Source: the human T2T-CHM13v2.0 reference genome, Homo sapiens. Taken from it: a stretch of 64,000 bases of DNA. Location: assembly GCF_009914755.1 (NCBI RefSeq), contig NC_060936.1. The stretch is one strand, 5' to 3'. The position numbers and the translations under genes are program-made. Positions 1 to 18,255 of this stretch are shown in pieces (the first letter of the stretch is position 1; each line of letters begins with the position of its first letter). The notes beneath the pieces were generated by a model. That model did not search any database. It was not told the origin of the DNA and saw nothing but the letters and a program-made list of their open reading frames with translations.

Positions 1-326
1 TTAAGGGCAGCCAGAGAGAAAGGTCGGGTTACCCACAAAGGGAAGCCGATCAGACTAACAGCTGATCTCTCGGCAGAAACTCTACAAGCCAGAAGAGAGT
101 GGGGACCAATATTCAACATCCTTAAAGAAAAGAATTTTCAACCCAGAATCTCATATCCAGCCAAACTAAGCTTCATAAGTGAAGGAGAAATAAAATCCTT
201 TACAGACAAGCAAATGCTGAGAGATTTTGTCACACCAGGCCTGCCCTAAAAGAGCTCCTGAAGGAAGCACTAAACATGGAAAGGAACAACCAGTACCAGC
301 CACTGCAAAAACATGCCAAATTGTAA
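1..326 (+). pseudogene. L1 ORF1p C-terminal fragment (apparent 1-bp deletion near 232)
   Basis: Frame 1 reads LRAAREKGRVTHKGKPIRLTADLSAETLQARREW; gtcacaccagg versus consensus gtcaccaccagg. Confidence 0.9.
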
Positions 327-389
327 AGACCGTCAAGGCTAAGAAGAAACTGCATCAACTAACGAGCAAAATAACCAGCTAACATCATA

Positions 390-4217
<3,828 letters not shown>

Positions 4218-4449
4218 ACAGTGAGAACACATGGACACAGGAAGGGGAACATCACACACTGGGGACTGTTGTGGGGTAGGGGGAGAGGGGAGGGATAGCA
4301 TTAGGAGATATACTTAATGTAAATGACGAGTTAATGGGTGCAGCACACCAACATGGCACATGTATACATATGTAACAAACCTGCACGTTGTGCACATGTA
4401 CCCTAAAACTTAAAGTATAATAATAATAAAATTTTAAAAAATGTCCATA

Positions 4450-4600
4450 TAGTAGAAAAAGAAGTAACACTTTCCTTACTCATTTACAAGGCTAACCTTG
4501 TTGCCAAAACCACATGAGGATAATACAAAAAGAAATGGAAAATTATGAGACAATCTCGCTCATCAAATAGATATAAAAATTCCAAATCCAACAAATAGTA
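4450..4600 (+). mobile_element. Ancient L1M ORF2 remnant into which the L1PA inserted
   Basis: Degenerate match to the [25 protein letters not shown] region of ORF2. Confidence 0.5.
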
Positions 4601-5207
4601 ATATTTACATAGGCCCTGGGAATTATTATGAAATAGCCCAAAGCACCTTGGAAAACTGGTGTAACAATTCATTGTCGCTTTTCATACTGGAATATGCTTT
4701 CATAATGTTTTTCACTGGAAAATGTGTACCTGACTGAGATGCAAACAAGCTTTTAATAGATTGCACTTAGGTCCTGGAAACACTAGATTTCAGATTGTAT
4801 ATTGCAGAAGAGAACTGGCCCTATGCAAATTCGTGGATAGGTAAATTTTGCCTTTAGAACCTAGTCTGCTCCTCTCCCTACCCTCTGCCCACAACTTCAC
4901 CTTAAATGGTCCTATTACCTTTCCCTCTGGGGAAAGGCTTTGGGGTCAGGGTTGGCCATTTACTAGCTGTGTAATCTCTCTTAAAACAGTGGCAATATAT
5001 AATTCCTTCAGCTGTTATATAATGACAAAATAAAATAATACATGGTAGATGTGTAGTACAGCACTTGGGAAGTAGCAGGATCTAAGTCATTTTTTTTCTG
5101 TTTGTAGAATGAAAGATGTTGCTCTATGTTCTGGGATTGCTGGCCTTTCAGGAGCAGAGAGGTATGATAGAAAATAATGCCTTCAATATAAAATTTTAAT
5201 GACTTAC

Positions 5208-5260
5208 ATACAGAGTAATCCATCAACCAGATTCCAAAACATACTTTGAGGGGCAAGTAT
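5208..5260 (-). other. Candidate exon or first-exon 3' part with a GTAAGT donor
   Basis: Minus strand reads tttaacag|ATACTTGCC...CTCTGTAT|gtaagt; TATA-like GATATAAG upstream at about 5364-5371. Confidence 0.25.
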
Positions 5261-5374
5261 CTGTTAAAGGCTTAATTTTATTTGTTCCCAGATAGTTCGA
5301 ATTGCCTTTGACAGTCCTTTTTCTATCATAAAAACCATCTCTTTCTTTTACAAGTCTCAGCTGCTTATATCCAA

Positions 5375-5510
5375 CAAAATAAAAGCATCTCATTAAACCT
5401 CAGCCCTCTTTGATGACTCAACAAATATTCATTCATTGAACCTATTAAATGTAAACATATTACTTTTAAAAAACATATCTTCAAGGTCATTCCTTGGTCC
5501 ATCCAAGTGA
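5375..5510. promoter_or_regulatory. Copy A of duplicated module (forkhead TGTAAACA, degenerate HNF1-like site)
   Basis: Aligns with 7095-7225; AAATGTAAACATATT identical in both copies. Confidence 0.35.
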
Positions 5511-5629
5511 GTATCATTAAATCCATACCCAAGCCATCTAACACTTGATATCATAGGAGTGCATAATTCAGTCAGAAAGGTGGCCTGCAAAAGCAGAACC
5601 AGATTTCCATACTCAAAAAGAGGAGTTCT

Positions 5630-6077
<448 letters not shown>

Positions 6078-6187
6078 TCACTGGGTAGGATGTATATCAC
6101 ATCACAGGAAGCTTTTGCTCAGTTTTTTCCTATAGCTCTTTCCACTGTGGGGCACTCCAGCCATAAAGAGGGAAGACTATCTTCTTC

Positions 6188-6485
6188 TTTTTTTTTAAGA
6201 CAGGGTGTCACTCTGTCACCCAGGCTGGAGTGCAGTGGAATGATCACAATCACGGTTCACTGCAGTCTCAATCTCCCATGCTCAGGCAATGATCCCACCT
6301 CAGCCTCCTGAGCAGCTGGGACTACAGTCACATGCCACCATGCCTGGCTATTTTTTTCTATTATTTGTAGAGACAAGATCTCCCTATGTTGTGCAGACTG
6401 GTCTCAAACTCCTGGGCTCAAGTGCTCCTCCCACCCTTGTCTCCCAAAATGCTAGGATTACAGGTGTGAGCCACTGCACCCATCC
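6188..6485 (-). mobile_element. AluJ-like SINE
   Basis: Reverse Alu with J-type ctcctgggctcaagtg. Confidence 0.92.
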
Positions 6486-7094
6486 CTTTTTTTTTTTTTT
6501 TTTTAACATTCCTAGATACTAAATTTCAAACCACAACTAGCCCAAAATTAGCTCTGATAACAAGTGCTTGACTGGATGACTGACTGCTTATTTCTATGGA
6601 TACTGGTTCTCCATGACAGTTATTTGGATTCTGATATGATGCCTAATTATTAACGTACTCCTTGCCTGCTTCCTATCCCAAAACAAATATCTTAAGCTCC
6701 AGGAAGGCAGGACTGTGATTGACTCAGGACATCCATGCTTTACTGTCCTTGCCACTGGGAAAGACCCTCAGGGAAGAGGATCAAGACTTAACTGTCCCTG
6801 TGGGAGCTCTGGAGAAATGAACCCAGGATGTAAGGCTAATCTGATCATCTGAATCACCAAGTCTAGACGGGGAATGGCAACCTGGGATCTGAGCTATGCA
6901 TAAATCAACAGCCAAGAGTCACACCTGGTGGCCTGGGGGACTTAATTAAGTAGGGGGTAGAGTTCTTAACGATTTGGGCTCTTCCACATCACCGCAGATG
7001 ACTTCTGTGGTCCTATTTCTAAGGCAGGTCTGTCTGGTTGGAGGAAGAGAACAGCCAATAACTTGAGGACATGAAAAACCAAAATCAGACCCCC

Positions 7095-7225
7095 CAGATA
7101 AAGAGATCCTGTTAGACCCAAGACTTTCTGTTAATGATTTAATTCATATTCAACAGGCTGAATAGATCAAATGTAAACATATTGCTTTTAAAGGGCACTT
7201 TTGTCCTTCCTTGATCCATGTAAGT
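7095..7225. promoter_or_regulatory. Copy B of duplicated module: GATA (7096-7101), HNF1-like GTTAATGATTTAA (7130-7142), forkhead TGTAAACA (7172-7179)
   Basis: Motif matches by eye; homology to 5375-5510. Confidence 0.4.
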
Positions 7226-7940
7226 CGATCTTTCCACTGGCAAGATTCACTGAGAAAAAGAAAGAGTTGACAATGCATTCTAAATAATTTTGACCTCTTC
7301 TTGGTTGTACCCCATCCAGTCCAGTTGTCCAGCCACTCATTAGATAAACTAGTTCAGCAATGACTAAAATTGTTCATCAGCCCTGCTACCTAAGTAGACC
7401 CTATATCCTCACAGCCATCCTTACTCCTCCCTGTTATAAAATATCTCCTTTTCCTCCCCTTAGAAACAGAGATAGAGTACCAGATGCAAATGTTATGATG
7501 AAATCCAGCTCAAGTGGTAGTGATCTGTCCAGTTTTGTAAAGGCAACACCTGTGCATACTAGGACCAGTCTCTAGTTCTGAAACCCACCTACAGCTTTAA
7601 TTATGTCACCTACTGGAATCTTCCTTCAGATTCTACCTTGCTCCTCTACTGGCTTCCAGAGTATGAGTCCTTATGACCACAGTCTTCCTCTGAGGTGACC
7701 TCCAGCCTCTGCCAAGCTCAACTCTTGCCAATGAGCCAACGTTCTTAGCCCCAACTACACGTAGACTCAGCTCAGATTCTACCCAAGTCCTTAAGCGTGA
7801 CATTCCCCAGGAAATATAAAAGGTAGAATGCACTGTACCTAAATGCAGCCCCTAGGACGTTCATTTCAGTAACATCTTCATGTTGCAATACTCATGAGAG
7901 GGCTTTGATCCTTCACACCAATCGCTAATAAAAAGCTCTC

Positions 7941-8549
<609 letters not shown>

Positions 8550-8829
8550 TCAAATTAAAAAAATAAATCCAGGAGAAAATACTTGCTCTTTCCTAACTTA
8601 TATTCATAAGGTTCTCTTAGTGGACTTCTGTAGCCTTAGTGAAACCCAAACTAGAATGTTTAGCAAAATCCCCAAATGTATCCTATTTTCAATATTTTCA
8701 GAACTCAATATTTTTAGAATGTAAAATTGTGTTTTATAAAGAAATAATTCATTTGTCATGTACATTGATGACATGAAATGTACATAAAATTCAGAAAACT
8801 GAAATTATCAGTTAACAGGGAGGTTAATA

Positions 8830-10530
8830 GAATTATTTTTACAGCAATTTAGATTCACAGAATAATTGGGAAGAAGGTACAGAGACTTCCAACATACTCC
8901 CCTGACCCCACACACGCACAGCCTCCCCTACTGTCAGCTCTCCCTACCAGAGTGGTGCTTGTTACAATTAATGAACCTATATTGATACATCATTATCACC
9001 TAAAGTCTATCATTTACATTAGGGTTCACTCTTGGTATTGTACACTCTGTGAGTTCTGACAAATGTATAATGGCATGCATCAGCCAATGTAGTATCATAT
9101 AGAATAGTTTCACTGGCCTAACAATCTTGCGCTCCACCTATTCATGCCTCCTTCCCCCTAATCCCTGGCAACCACTGATCTTTTTACTGCCTCTATAGTT
9201 TACCTTTTCCAGAATGGCATACAGCTGGAATCATACAACAAGTAGCCTTTTAATATTGGCTTCTTTCAGTTAGTAATAAGCATTTCAGTTTCCTTCATGT
9301 CTTTTCATGGTTTGATAGCTCATTTCATAATATTCCCTTGCCTGGATGTACCAGTTTATCCATTCACTAACTGGAGGTCATCTTGGCTGCTTTCAAGTTT
9401 TTGCAATTCTGAATAAAGTTGCTATAAACATCTGTGCACAGGTTTTTGTGTAGACATAAGTTTTCAGCTCTTTTGAGTACATTCCAAGGAGTGCAATTGC
9501 TGGATCTTATGGTAAGAGTATGTTTACTTTTGTGTGAAACCACCAAACTATCTTCCAAAGTGGCTGAACCATTTTGCATTCCCACCGGCAGTGAACGAGA
9601 ATTCCTGATGCTCCACATCCTCACCAGTATTTGGTGTTGTCAGTGTTCTGGATTTTGGTCATTCTAATAAGTATGTAGTGGTATCTCGTTGCTTTGATTT
9701 GCATTTCCCTCGTGACATATGATGTGGACTATCTTTTTGTATGCTTTTATGCCAACTATGCATCTTCTTTGGTGAGGTGTCCAAGTTTTTGCCCATTTTT
9801 AAATTGTGGTGTTTGTTTTCTTATTGTTGAGTTTTAAGAGTTCTTCGCATGTTTTGGGTAACTGTTCTTTATCAGATGTGTATTTTACACACATTTCTCC
9901 CAGTCTGTGGCTTGTCAGATTCTCTTAACATTATCTTTTACCAAGCAGAAGGTTTTAATTTTAATGAAGTTTAGCTTATCCATTTTTTTCATGAATAGTG
10001 CCTTTAGCGTTTTATCTAAAAAGTCATCACTGAGGGGTGTTGTGCTTCCAGACAGTGCTGCTGCGTGCTAGTGCCCGGGTCCCTCAAAAAAGAATCTTTT
10101 AAAATTTTTTAAATAATAATGTCATCAACTAACCCAAAGTCATCTAGACATTCTCCTATGTTATATTCTGAGAGTTTTATATCTTTGAATTTTACACTGA
10201 GGTCTGTGATCCATTTTGATTAGTTTTTGATGAGGGTATAAGGTCTATGTCAAAGTTCAACTTTTTGCATGTGGATTCCAGTTGTTCTGGTGTCAATTGC
10301 TGAAAAGACTATTCTTTTTCTACTGTATTGCCTGTGTTGTTTTGTCAAAGATCAGTTGTGTATTTCTGTGTAGGTCTATTTTGGGGCTCTCTAGTCTATT
10401 CCACTGATCTATTTGTCTGTTCTTTCACTGATACCACACTGTCTTGATTACTATAGCTTTATATTAAGTCTTGAGGTTGGACAGTGTCAGACCTCTAACT
10501 TTGTTCTTTTCCTTCAATATTGTCTTGGCT
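8830..10530 (-). mobile_element. L1MC-type LINE, 3'UTR and ORF2 3' part
   Basis: Reverse L1M 3'UTR (catttacattagggttcact) and ORF2 C-terminal sequence. Confidence 0.85.
10031..10120 (+). other. Short unidentified GC-rich insert with decayed A-tail and TSD inside the L1MC
   Basis: aaaaagtcatcac | 55-nt body | A/T-rich tail | aataatgtcatcaac; the L1 sequence resumes after it. Confidence 0.6.
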
Positions 10531-12657
10531 GAATGACTTTTTAAAATTAATTAAAACATTTTTGGATAGAAACTTTGCCACTGGTATAATTCCTTGGCTT
10601 ATGAAACATATATTTATGTATCTTAATTTTTAATGACTGAGAAATGTGTATTATTCTTTGCCATCACATAAAATGACCCCAGATTGTATTATCTTTTAGT
10701 GGTTTTACTATTTCTATAACCTATTCCTTTTGTTCTCACCCCTTCAGTTCCTCCAAGCCTCTCTCCTTCATACCATGTAATTAAGTGGGAATCAGTCTAG
10801 GTTTCCAGGGGAACCTTATTTTACAGTTAAGTTTAAGATAGCTGATCTAAGAGTTCCTGAGGAGAATTTTTTGTCTCTTCTGTGGAATGAATTATCCTCA
10901 AAAGTTCTAGATTCAGAGGCATAATCCAGGCAGCCATGATACCCAAGAGCCTTACGTCAAGTTGTGAGGCACTATTCTGATACAACTATAATAATGTCAA
11001 CAGTAATTAGCAGCTAAATATTAAATGCATCACTCTTCAAAAATTCAGCTTCTGGGAAATTTTCCCCTTCCTTTCAGTTTTCCCCCCAGTTCACTTTTAA
11101 AAAAATAAGCAACTTGAGCTCCCTCTGAACTTCTAAAACTATTTAATACATGTCACTCTTAACCATCACCCAAACCTGCATCTATCAGTGACACATTCCC
11201 CCTCAAATCCCCCACCCAGACACCTGCAGGTTACTTTTCAATGCATCTTTGCATCTCGAAATCTGGGAAGGACTGTAGCTTGGGAAAAATTACACAGTTG
11301 AGGGCTTAGAATTGATCTAATGAAAGTTGATAAGACTTATTTGCCTGGGTCATTGATTTGTAGCCAAGCCCACTTCAATGAGTCCAGTTTCTATGTTATC
11401 ACTTTTCACCTTTCATCAAGAGCAGGCACTGGAGGGACAACGGAATCCACAAAGCCAGTATTGTTGACTGTGATTAAAAAGAGTGTGGGATTCACTTTCT
11501 CCTACACAAGGGGGAAACCGAAGCTGACTCAACTAAAAGGAGGGCAAAAGGAGTCCTGGCCAGTGTCACCTCACCTGGAGAGAGGATCCAGAGAAGACTG
11601 GGGTTTCCATTGTGCAGTGTCTGGGGAATGCTAGAAGAACAGGGCTCTTATTGTTTCACTTCCAGCACTTAACTACCAAAGATGAGAGCTTCCTTTCTAC
11701 TTATTACCCAGAGTCCAGAGTCACTGGGAGAGGTAATCAGATCATACTGTAACATCCTTTGAACTCCCTGGAGAGCTTGTGCTACAGTAAAGCATGTGGG
11801 ATCCTTATCAACTCTAATTCTCTGGGGTCTTCCTCTGCCATCAATTTCACCTGTGCAGAGTCATTCAACCTTGTTCAGTCATTCATTCTTTGCTGCTGCT
11901 GTTTGTTTCAAGTCCATTAGAAGCTCATTCCAGGAAGCAGAAACTAACATAGAAACCAGTGTCAGCCTCCTGAGCTCCAAAGCACACCTGACCCAGGGAT
12001 GGGGGGTGGTTAGTTAGCATGAAGTCAACCTCTTTCCAAATACTAAAGTAATCATAGTACAAACGGATTCTGTAATTAAAACCATCAAAAGATGCCTTGG
12101 TCTTCAGTCAGCATTATTGTGCCCACATTAACCTTCCCCACAAGCAAAAACACTACTTTTTCCTCTCTGTTTTCTACATTCTTCTTCATTAACTCCAAAT
12201 CGAGAGTTTCATTATTTTTCAAATCAGAAAGGAGGGTTTACAAAAGGATCTGCAGATTTGAAAGATGCTGACAAGAAAGCAAACATGAATGGAAACACTA
12301 CTTTTTAAAAATGTATTTCCTTCCAGGAAGAGCTGAGCAGTACAGGCATGTGGCAGAATAGGAGGTCATTTCAAAATATATCATGTTGAGCTTCACTCCC
12401 AATTATGAGCAGCAATTCTGTTTGATAATTACCTGGGCAATACGGAAATGGATCCCATTTACAAGCAAACAAAAATGTGTTTCACTGCAATATGCTCCAT
12501 TCTGAAAACGTTCCCCCTTTTACCAACTTAATAATCATACCATTCTCTACATAAGATTTCTTTTTCTCACTCACCTCTCCTCTGTACTGCTTGGATTCTC
12601 TCCCATCTGGCCAATGAGTCTAAAATGCAGGGACTTATATCTTAATTTCATTTTTCA

Positions 12658-12957
<300 letters not shown>

Positions 12958-14009
12958 TCAAAAGCTCAAAAAGGTCAAAACCTCTTAACATCATAGGAAT
13001 AGATGAATACTTTCTTGACAATGTTACATATGAATATACGTAGAAACAATATTGCCTGTATATAAAACAAAAACATATATATTTTCTCTGTTAAATTCTT
13101 AAATAAAACAAGGCCATCAACTATCACTATTTCTAACTCTGTTTAATATGATTTTGGAAGCATTATTCTAATCAAGTAGATAGGAAGAAAAAATTAGAAG
13201 TATAACCCTTGGTGATACTAAAAATTCATTAGAAAATGTATAAATAATAAGAAATTGAAGGTGCCTAGGTACAAAATTAATATTCAAAAATCAAGTATTT
13301 GTGTATACAAATAACATCTGCTTAGAATTTATAATGAAAGGAAAGATCCCAATTACAATAGTAACAAAAGATAAAGCACCTAACAGTAACTGAAAAAATA
13401 CATACAAGAGAATTGTAAAATGCTACTAAAGGTCCACCCCTCCAAAAAAAAAAAATATCTTTAGCATATGAAAAATAGTATGTGTTCCCAGATAGGAAGG
13501 ATCAACATCATAAAGACATTAATAGTTCCTAAATTAATCTAAAATGTATGTCATCCTCATAAAATATTAAATATTATTTGGAACTACACAAAATTATCCT
13601 AAAATTCATTTGAAAAATAAATATGCAAGAATTGCCAGGAGAATTCTGGGGGGAAGATAGTGAAAGAAGTCTATTCTACTAAAATTTAGCTAATTAAAAC
13701 AGTGTGGCACTCATTCATAAAGATGTCAACAGAATAGACTAGAAAATCAAGAAAATTTCTTAATTCATACAGGAGTTTTTTTAAGATAAAGGTGGAATTT
13801 TAAATCAGTGCAGACAAGATGGATCACTCAATAAACAGTGTTAGACAACTGGGTCTTCATCTCAGGAAAAAGTTGGATTTGTATTCTTAAATAATAAAAT
13901 AAAATCCAAGTGCATCAAAGATTTAAATGTGAAAAATTAACCATAAAAATATTAGAAGAAAACATGGAAAATTGTTTTTATGAATCTTGTAGTGGGGAAA
14001 ACCCTTTCT

Positions 14010-14520
14010 AGTGTCCCAGACACTGTGAGTGGTCTGTTCATTATACCAGTTGTCCACTTTCCTCTTCTTTCCAGAGAAACAGAACCCCAATTCTGTTCAG
14101 GGTGAGAATAAGCCTAACCCCAAAGGATGGGTCATACTGGCTGTCATGTTCTCCACTTTCCCACACTCCCTTGCAGCTACAGTGTCTGTGTGGCTTGGTT
14201 TGGGTCAATAAGACATAACTGGAAATCTGATGGGAAAATCCTTGCTTTCTCAATAAAGATGGATAGACATGCTGGTGTCCCATCTCCTTTGAAAGGTTAG
14301 TTCTGTAGAAATCACCTAGGGATCAGATAAGAGAGGCCAAGAGAGTAGAATAAAAGATATTAGCCCTGACATTGTTGAACAGCTGAACCAGTGCTATCAA
14401 CCACCTATTCCTGGAATTCTCACTATGAAATTTTAAAAATAAAATCCTATTTACTTAAGCCACTGTGTTTAGAGTTTTAGTTTCTTGCAGTTGTGTGATT
14501 CTTGGAATCCTACCTGACAC
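14010..14520 (+). mobile_element. MLT1 (MaLR) solo LTR, old subfamily
   Basis: Typical 3' end aataaaatcctatttacttaagccactg...tttcttgcag. Confidence 0.55.
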
Positions 14521-14769
14521 ACCATGAATGCCATAAAATTCAGAAACCCTAAAGGAAAAGATTGAGCAATTTGACAACATGAAAAATTTTTTAATTCTTT
14601 GAAAATAAAAAGGATTCCAAAAAGAAAAAAAAAACTAATATAAGATCTTTTTCATTTACATTATAGTCCAGAGCTAATATTTTTACTATATAAAGAGCTC
14701 ACCAAATATAAAGTAAAAGACCACAGTCCAGCAGGAAAATGGGCAAGGGATAGAAACAGTGTTCATCAG

Positions 14770-15700
14770 GAAGTCCTAACAGAGCAATCAGGTAACAGAA
14801 AGATATAAAAGGCATCCAAATAGGAAAAGAAGAAGTCAATTTATCTCTCTTTGCTGATGATATAACTCTATACCTAGAAAATTCTAAAGACTCTGCCAAA
14901 AGACTCCTGGAACTGATAAACGACTTCCGTAAAGTTTCAGGATACAAAATCAATGCATGAAAATCAGTAGCATTTTTATACACTAAAAACATTTTCGCTG
15001 AGAGCCAAATCAAGAATGCAATCCCATTTACAATAGCCACACACTCAAAAAAATAAAATACCTAGGGATACATTTAACCAAGAAGGTGAAAGATCTCTAC
15101 AATGAGAACTACAAAACACTGCTGAAAGAAATCATAGATGACACAAACAAATGGAACAATACATGCTCATGGATTGGAAGAATCAGTATCATTAAAATAG
15201 TTATACTTCCCAAAGCAGTCTTCAGGTTCAATGTCATTCCCAAACTACCATGTCATTTTTTTGTATATGTGCTGCCGAAGCGAGCATACCAATGTCATTT
15301 TTCACAGAATTAGAAAAACTATTCTAAAATTCATATGGAACAAATAAAGAGCCTGAGTAGACAAAGCAATCCTAAGAAAAAAGAACAAAGCTGGAGGCAA
15401 TCACTTTACTAAACTTCAAACTATACTATAAGGCTACAGTAACCAAAACAGCATAGTACTGGTACAAAAATAGACATATAGGCCAATAAAAAAGAATAAA
15501 GGATCCAGAAATAAAGCTGCACACCTGTAGCCATCTGATTTTTGAGAAAGTCAACAAAAAATAAGCAATGGGGAAAGGGCTCCCTGTTCAATAAATGGTG
15601 CTGGGATAGCTGGCTAGCCATATGCAGAAGAATGAAACTGGACCCTTACCTTTCATCATATGCAAAAAATTAACTCAAGATGGATTAACTATTTAAACTT
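14770..15700 (+). mobile_element. L1PB/L1MA-type ORF2 fragment
   Basis: RT region (ctctttgctgatgat = LFADD); ORF 15086-15313 reads [15 protein letters not shown]. Confidence 0.88.
15263..15286 (-). pseudogene. RNU6: U6 snRNA 5'-fragment retrocopy (about nt 2-25), tailless, with TSD
   Basis: Minus strand TGCTCGCTTCGGCAGCACATATAC matches the U6 5' end; flanked by tacca(a)tgtcattttt at 15246-15260 and 15287-15302. Confidence 0.9.
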
Positions 15701-16198
15701 ATGTGTTCATCAAAAAAGAAATGCAGATGGCTGTTCATCACATGAAAAGATTTTCAACCTCACTCAAAATAAATAATAAAATAATAACAAAATAATTAAA
15801 ACTATAGGAATATAGCATTCCTATAAATTTGTCTGATAGAGATTTAAAACAAAATACTGTATTTGTGGAGAAACGGATACTCTCAGGCATTTTTGTTAGA
15901 AGAGAAAACCGAAATAACTTCCATGGAGAGCAACTTGTCAATGTCACCAAAATTACAGATGCCACCCCAGCAATCACAACCTGTGTATACAATTAAAGGG
16001 CTGACAATAATCTAAGTTTCTGTGAATATAGGGCTTGTTACTTAAATTATAATAATAATTATGCAGCTATAAAAAATGAAGAGGTTCTATACGTATAGAT
16101 GAAGAACAATCTTCAAGATACATTGTTAAATAAAACAAAAGTCAAAGTCCAGAATGTGTTTGTCATGCAGCCAATTCTTCTAAAAATATATTAAAAGG

Positions 16199-16257
16199 GA
16201 GTGAGCGGAGATTGCGCCACTGCACTCCAGCCTGGGCGGCAGAGCAAGGCTCCGTCT

Positions 16258-16290
<33 letters not shown>
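16199..16290 (+). mobile_element. 5'-truncated Alu (3' 60 nt) with 32-nt poly(A)
   Basis: gtgagcggagattgcgccactgcactccagcctggg...tctc followed by A32. Confidence 0.92.

Positions 16291-16338
<48 letters not shown>
16291..16338. repeat. (AT)24 microsatellite
   Basis: Direct read. Confidence 0.97.
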
Positions 16339-16341
<3 letters not shown>

Positions 16342-16439
16342 AAGGGAAAATATGTTATTGTACATTTATAAACTTCCTTAATAGAACACACAAGAAGCTG
16401 GTAAGGGTGGCTGTCTCTGAGAAGGAGAACTGAAGTGCT

Positions 16440-16945
16440 GGTGTTCCCATTATCTGTAACTATAATGAACCACCCTGAAGCTTAGTGGCATAAAACCACA
16501 TACATTTTCTCATGCTCACAGATTCTGTGGGTCAGGAATTTGGACAAGACGCAGCAGGGATGGCTTATCTCTGCCCATTGATGTCTGGAGCTCCAGCTGA
16601 GAGGAAGTGATTGGCAGTGTGTGACTCCAATGGCTTGCGGCTGGAAAAATCTGAAGGTTTCCTCACTCGCACGTCTGGGCTCGGGCTGCGATAACTCAGC
16701 TGGCGTTTTTAACCAACGTGCCTACATGCGACCTCGACACGGAGCAGGGGCATCCTCACAGCATGGCAGCCTCAGAGCAGTCAGACCCCTTCCGTGGTGG
16801 GCTCTGAGAGCAAGGGTTCCAACGAGAAGGGCAGATCAGCATCTGCCTTTTATGGCTAGCCTCAGAAGTCACAGAGCCTCCCTTCCAGCCTGCTCCGTTG
16901 GTTGAAGCAGTCACCAGCCTGCCCAGATTCAGGAAGCAGGGACAT
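16440..16945 (-). mobile_element. MLT1 (MaLR) solo LTR
   Basis: cttagtggcataaaac...ctcacagattctgtgggtcaggaatttgg, typical of reverse MLT1. Confidence 0.75.
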
Positions 16946-17799
16946 AGAAATTGAAGGTCATCAACTTGCTAACAGTTGTTATCCCTACAGAGTGGAATCT
17001 GGGGAGATTTTCATTTTCCCCATTGGCCTACATTTATTGCCTAATTTCTCTAAACGAGCAAGTACAAACTGTGTTATAAGTGTTTTGGAAAAATCATAGA
17101 TCTTGCTTAAGATTCTCTTCCGTGCAACACAGCAAATCTATGTTTCTCATGCATTTTCCTTGTGAGTTCGATACAGCGACAGAGTTCAGAAATACACTGT
17201 ATATTTTCCATAAACTCTTTCTACACAGCGATGCATGACCTAAGAGGCATCAAGATTACCTGTGACTGCATGAGTGAAAGGACATCTCATTTATCTGCAG
17301 AATCAGGGTCTTGCAGGCCCAGAAGCACTGCTTCCATTTTCTTCACTTGGGCCTTCTCCAGCGGTGCACAGAGCTCTGTGGGACCCACACCCTGCGTCCT
17401 TGTCCTTGTCACATGAGGGTAGTGCAAGCCCAAGAGAACGAGTGGCCGGCCTGTCTTTGTCCTTGAGCCTGGCTGTCCTGCCTTTACTGGAAGCTTCTCT
17501 TTCTCTGTCTCTTTTCTCCTCCTTCTACTTTTATTCTTTGCTCTCTGCTCACCCCCTTTACCCTCTCTACATTTTTCCTCTTTCCCCAATTTTCTCTCTA
17601 GCTCTCTGTACTCTCTCCTTTCATTTACTCCCTGCAACAATCATACCACCTCCCTAAGCACGATACAAAAACAGGTGAGGGAAGGACTGGATGAAATTAA
17701 CAAAGCAGGTTTACATGGCTCTGTTGCCTTTTCTCAGCTACCAGTTTTGGTTGGTTGGTTTTTCCATCTCAATCTGTTTCATTTTATCTGTCTCATTTC

Positions 17800-18255
17800 C
17801 TTCTTTTTTCTTGTAATAAAATATACACAGCATGAAATAAATCATTTTAACCATTTTGAAGTTCAAAACATTTGCACAGTTCAGGGCACTAAGTACATTC
17901 ACATTGTACATCACCACCACCCGTCTCCAGAACTCTTCATCTTCCAAAACAGAAGCTCTGTGCCCAATACATAACCAGCCCCTCACTCTCCACACACCCA
18001 CCCCATGGCAGCCACCATTCTACTTTCTGTGTCCATAAATTTGGCTACATTAGGTACCTCGTATAAGTGGAATCTCATGATATTTGTCCTTTTGTGACTG
18101 GCTTCTTTCACTAAAATAATATCCTTCAAGCCCATCCATGTGCTAACATGTGTCAGAATTTTCTTCCTTTTTAGGGCTAAACTTTATTATTTATCTATTG
18201 TATGGATGTACCACATTTTGTTTATTTACTCTTCTGTCAATGGATACTTGGGTTC
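17800..18255 (-). mobile_element. L1MB-type 3'UTR fragment
   Basis: aagtacattcacattgt...ctccagaactcttcatcttcc...ataagtggaatc. Confidence 0.75.

Larger units (their letters stand above)
13090..16190 (+). mobile_element. Old L1M(E)-type ORF2/3' remnant interrupted by an MLT1 LTR and a younger L1
   Basis: Degenerate ORF2 motifs (e.g. ataggaaggatcaacatcataaag, aataaacagtgttagacaactgg). Confidence 0.65.

Noticed and set aside
10031-10086. miR-423 copy (TGAGGGG...CCCTCA ends)
   Set aside because: Only the termini resemble it; the interior does not match
11411-11502. Minus-strand coding exon (EKVNPTLFLITVNNTG...)
   Set aside because: Weak donor (gtgaaa), no recognisable homology and no partner exons
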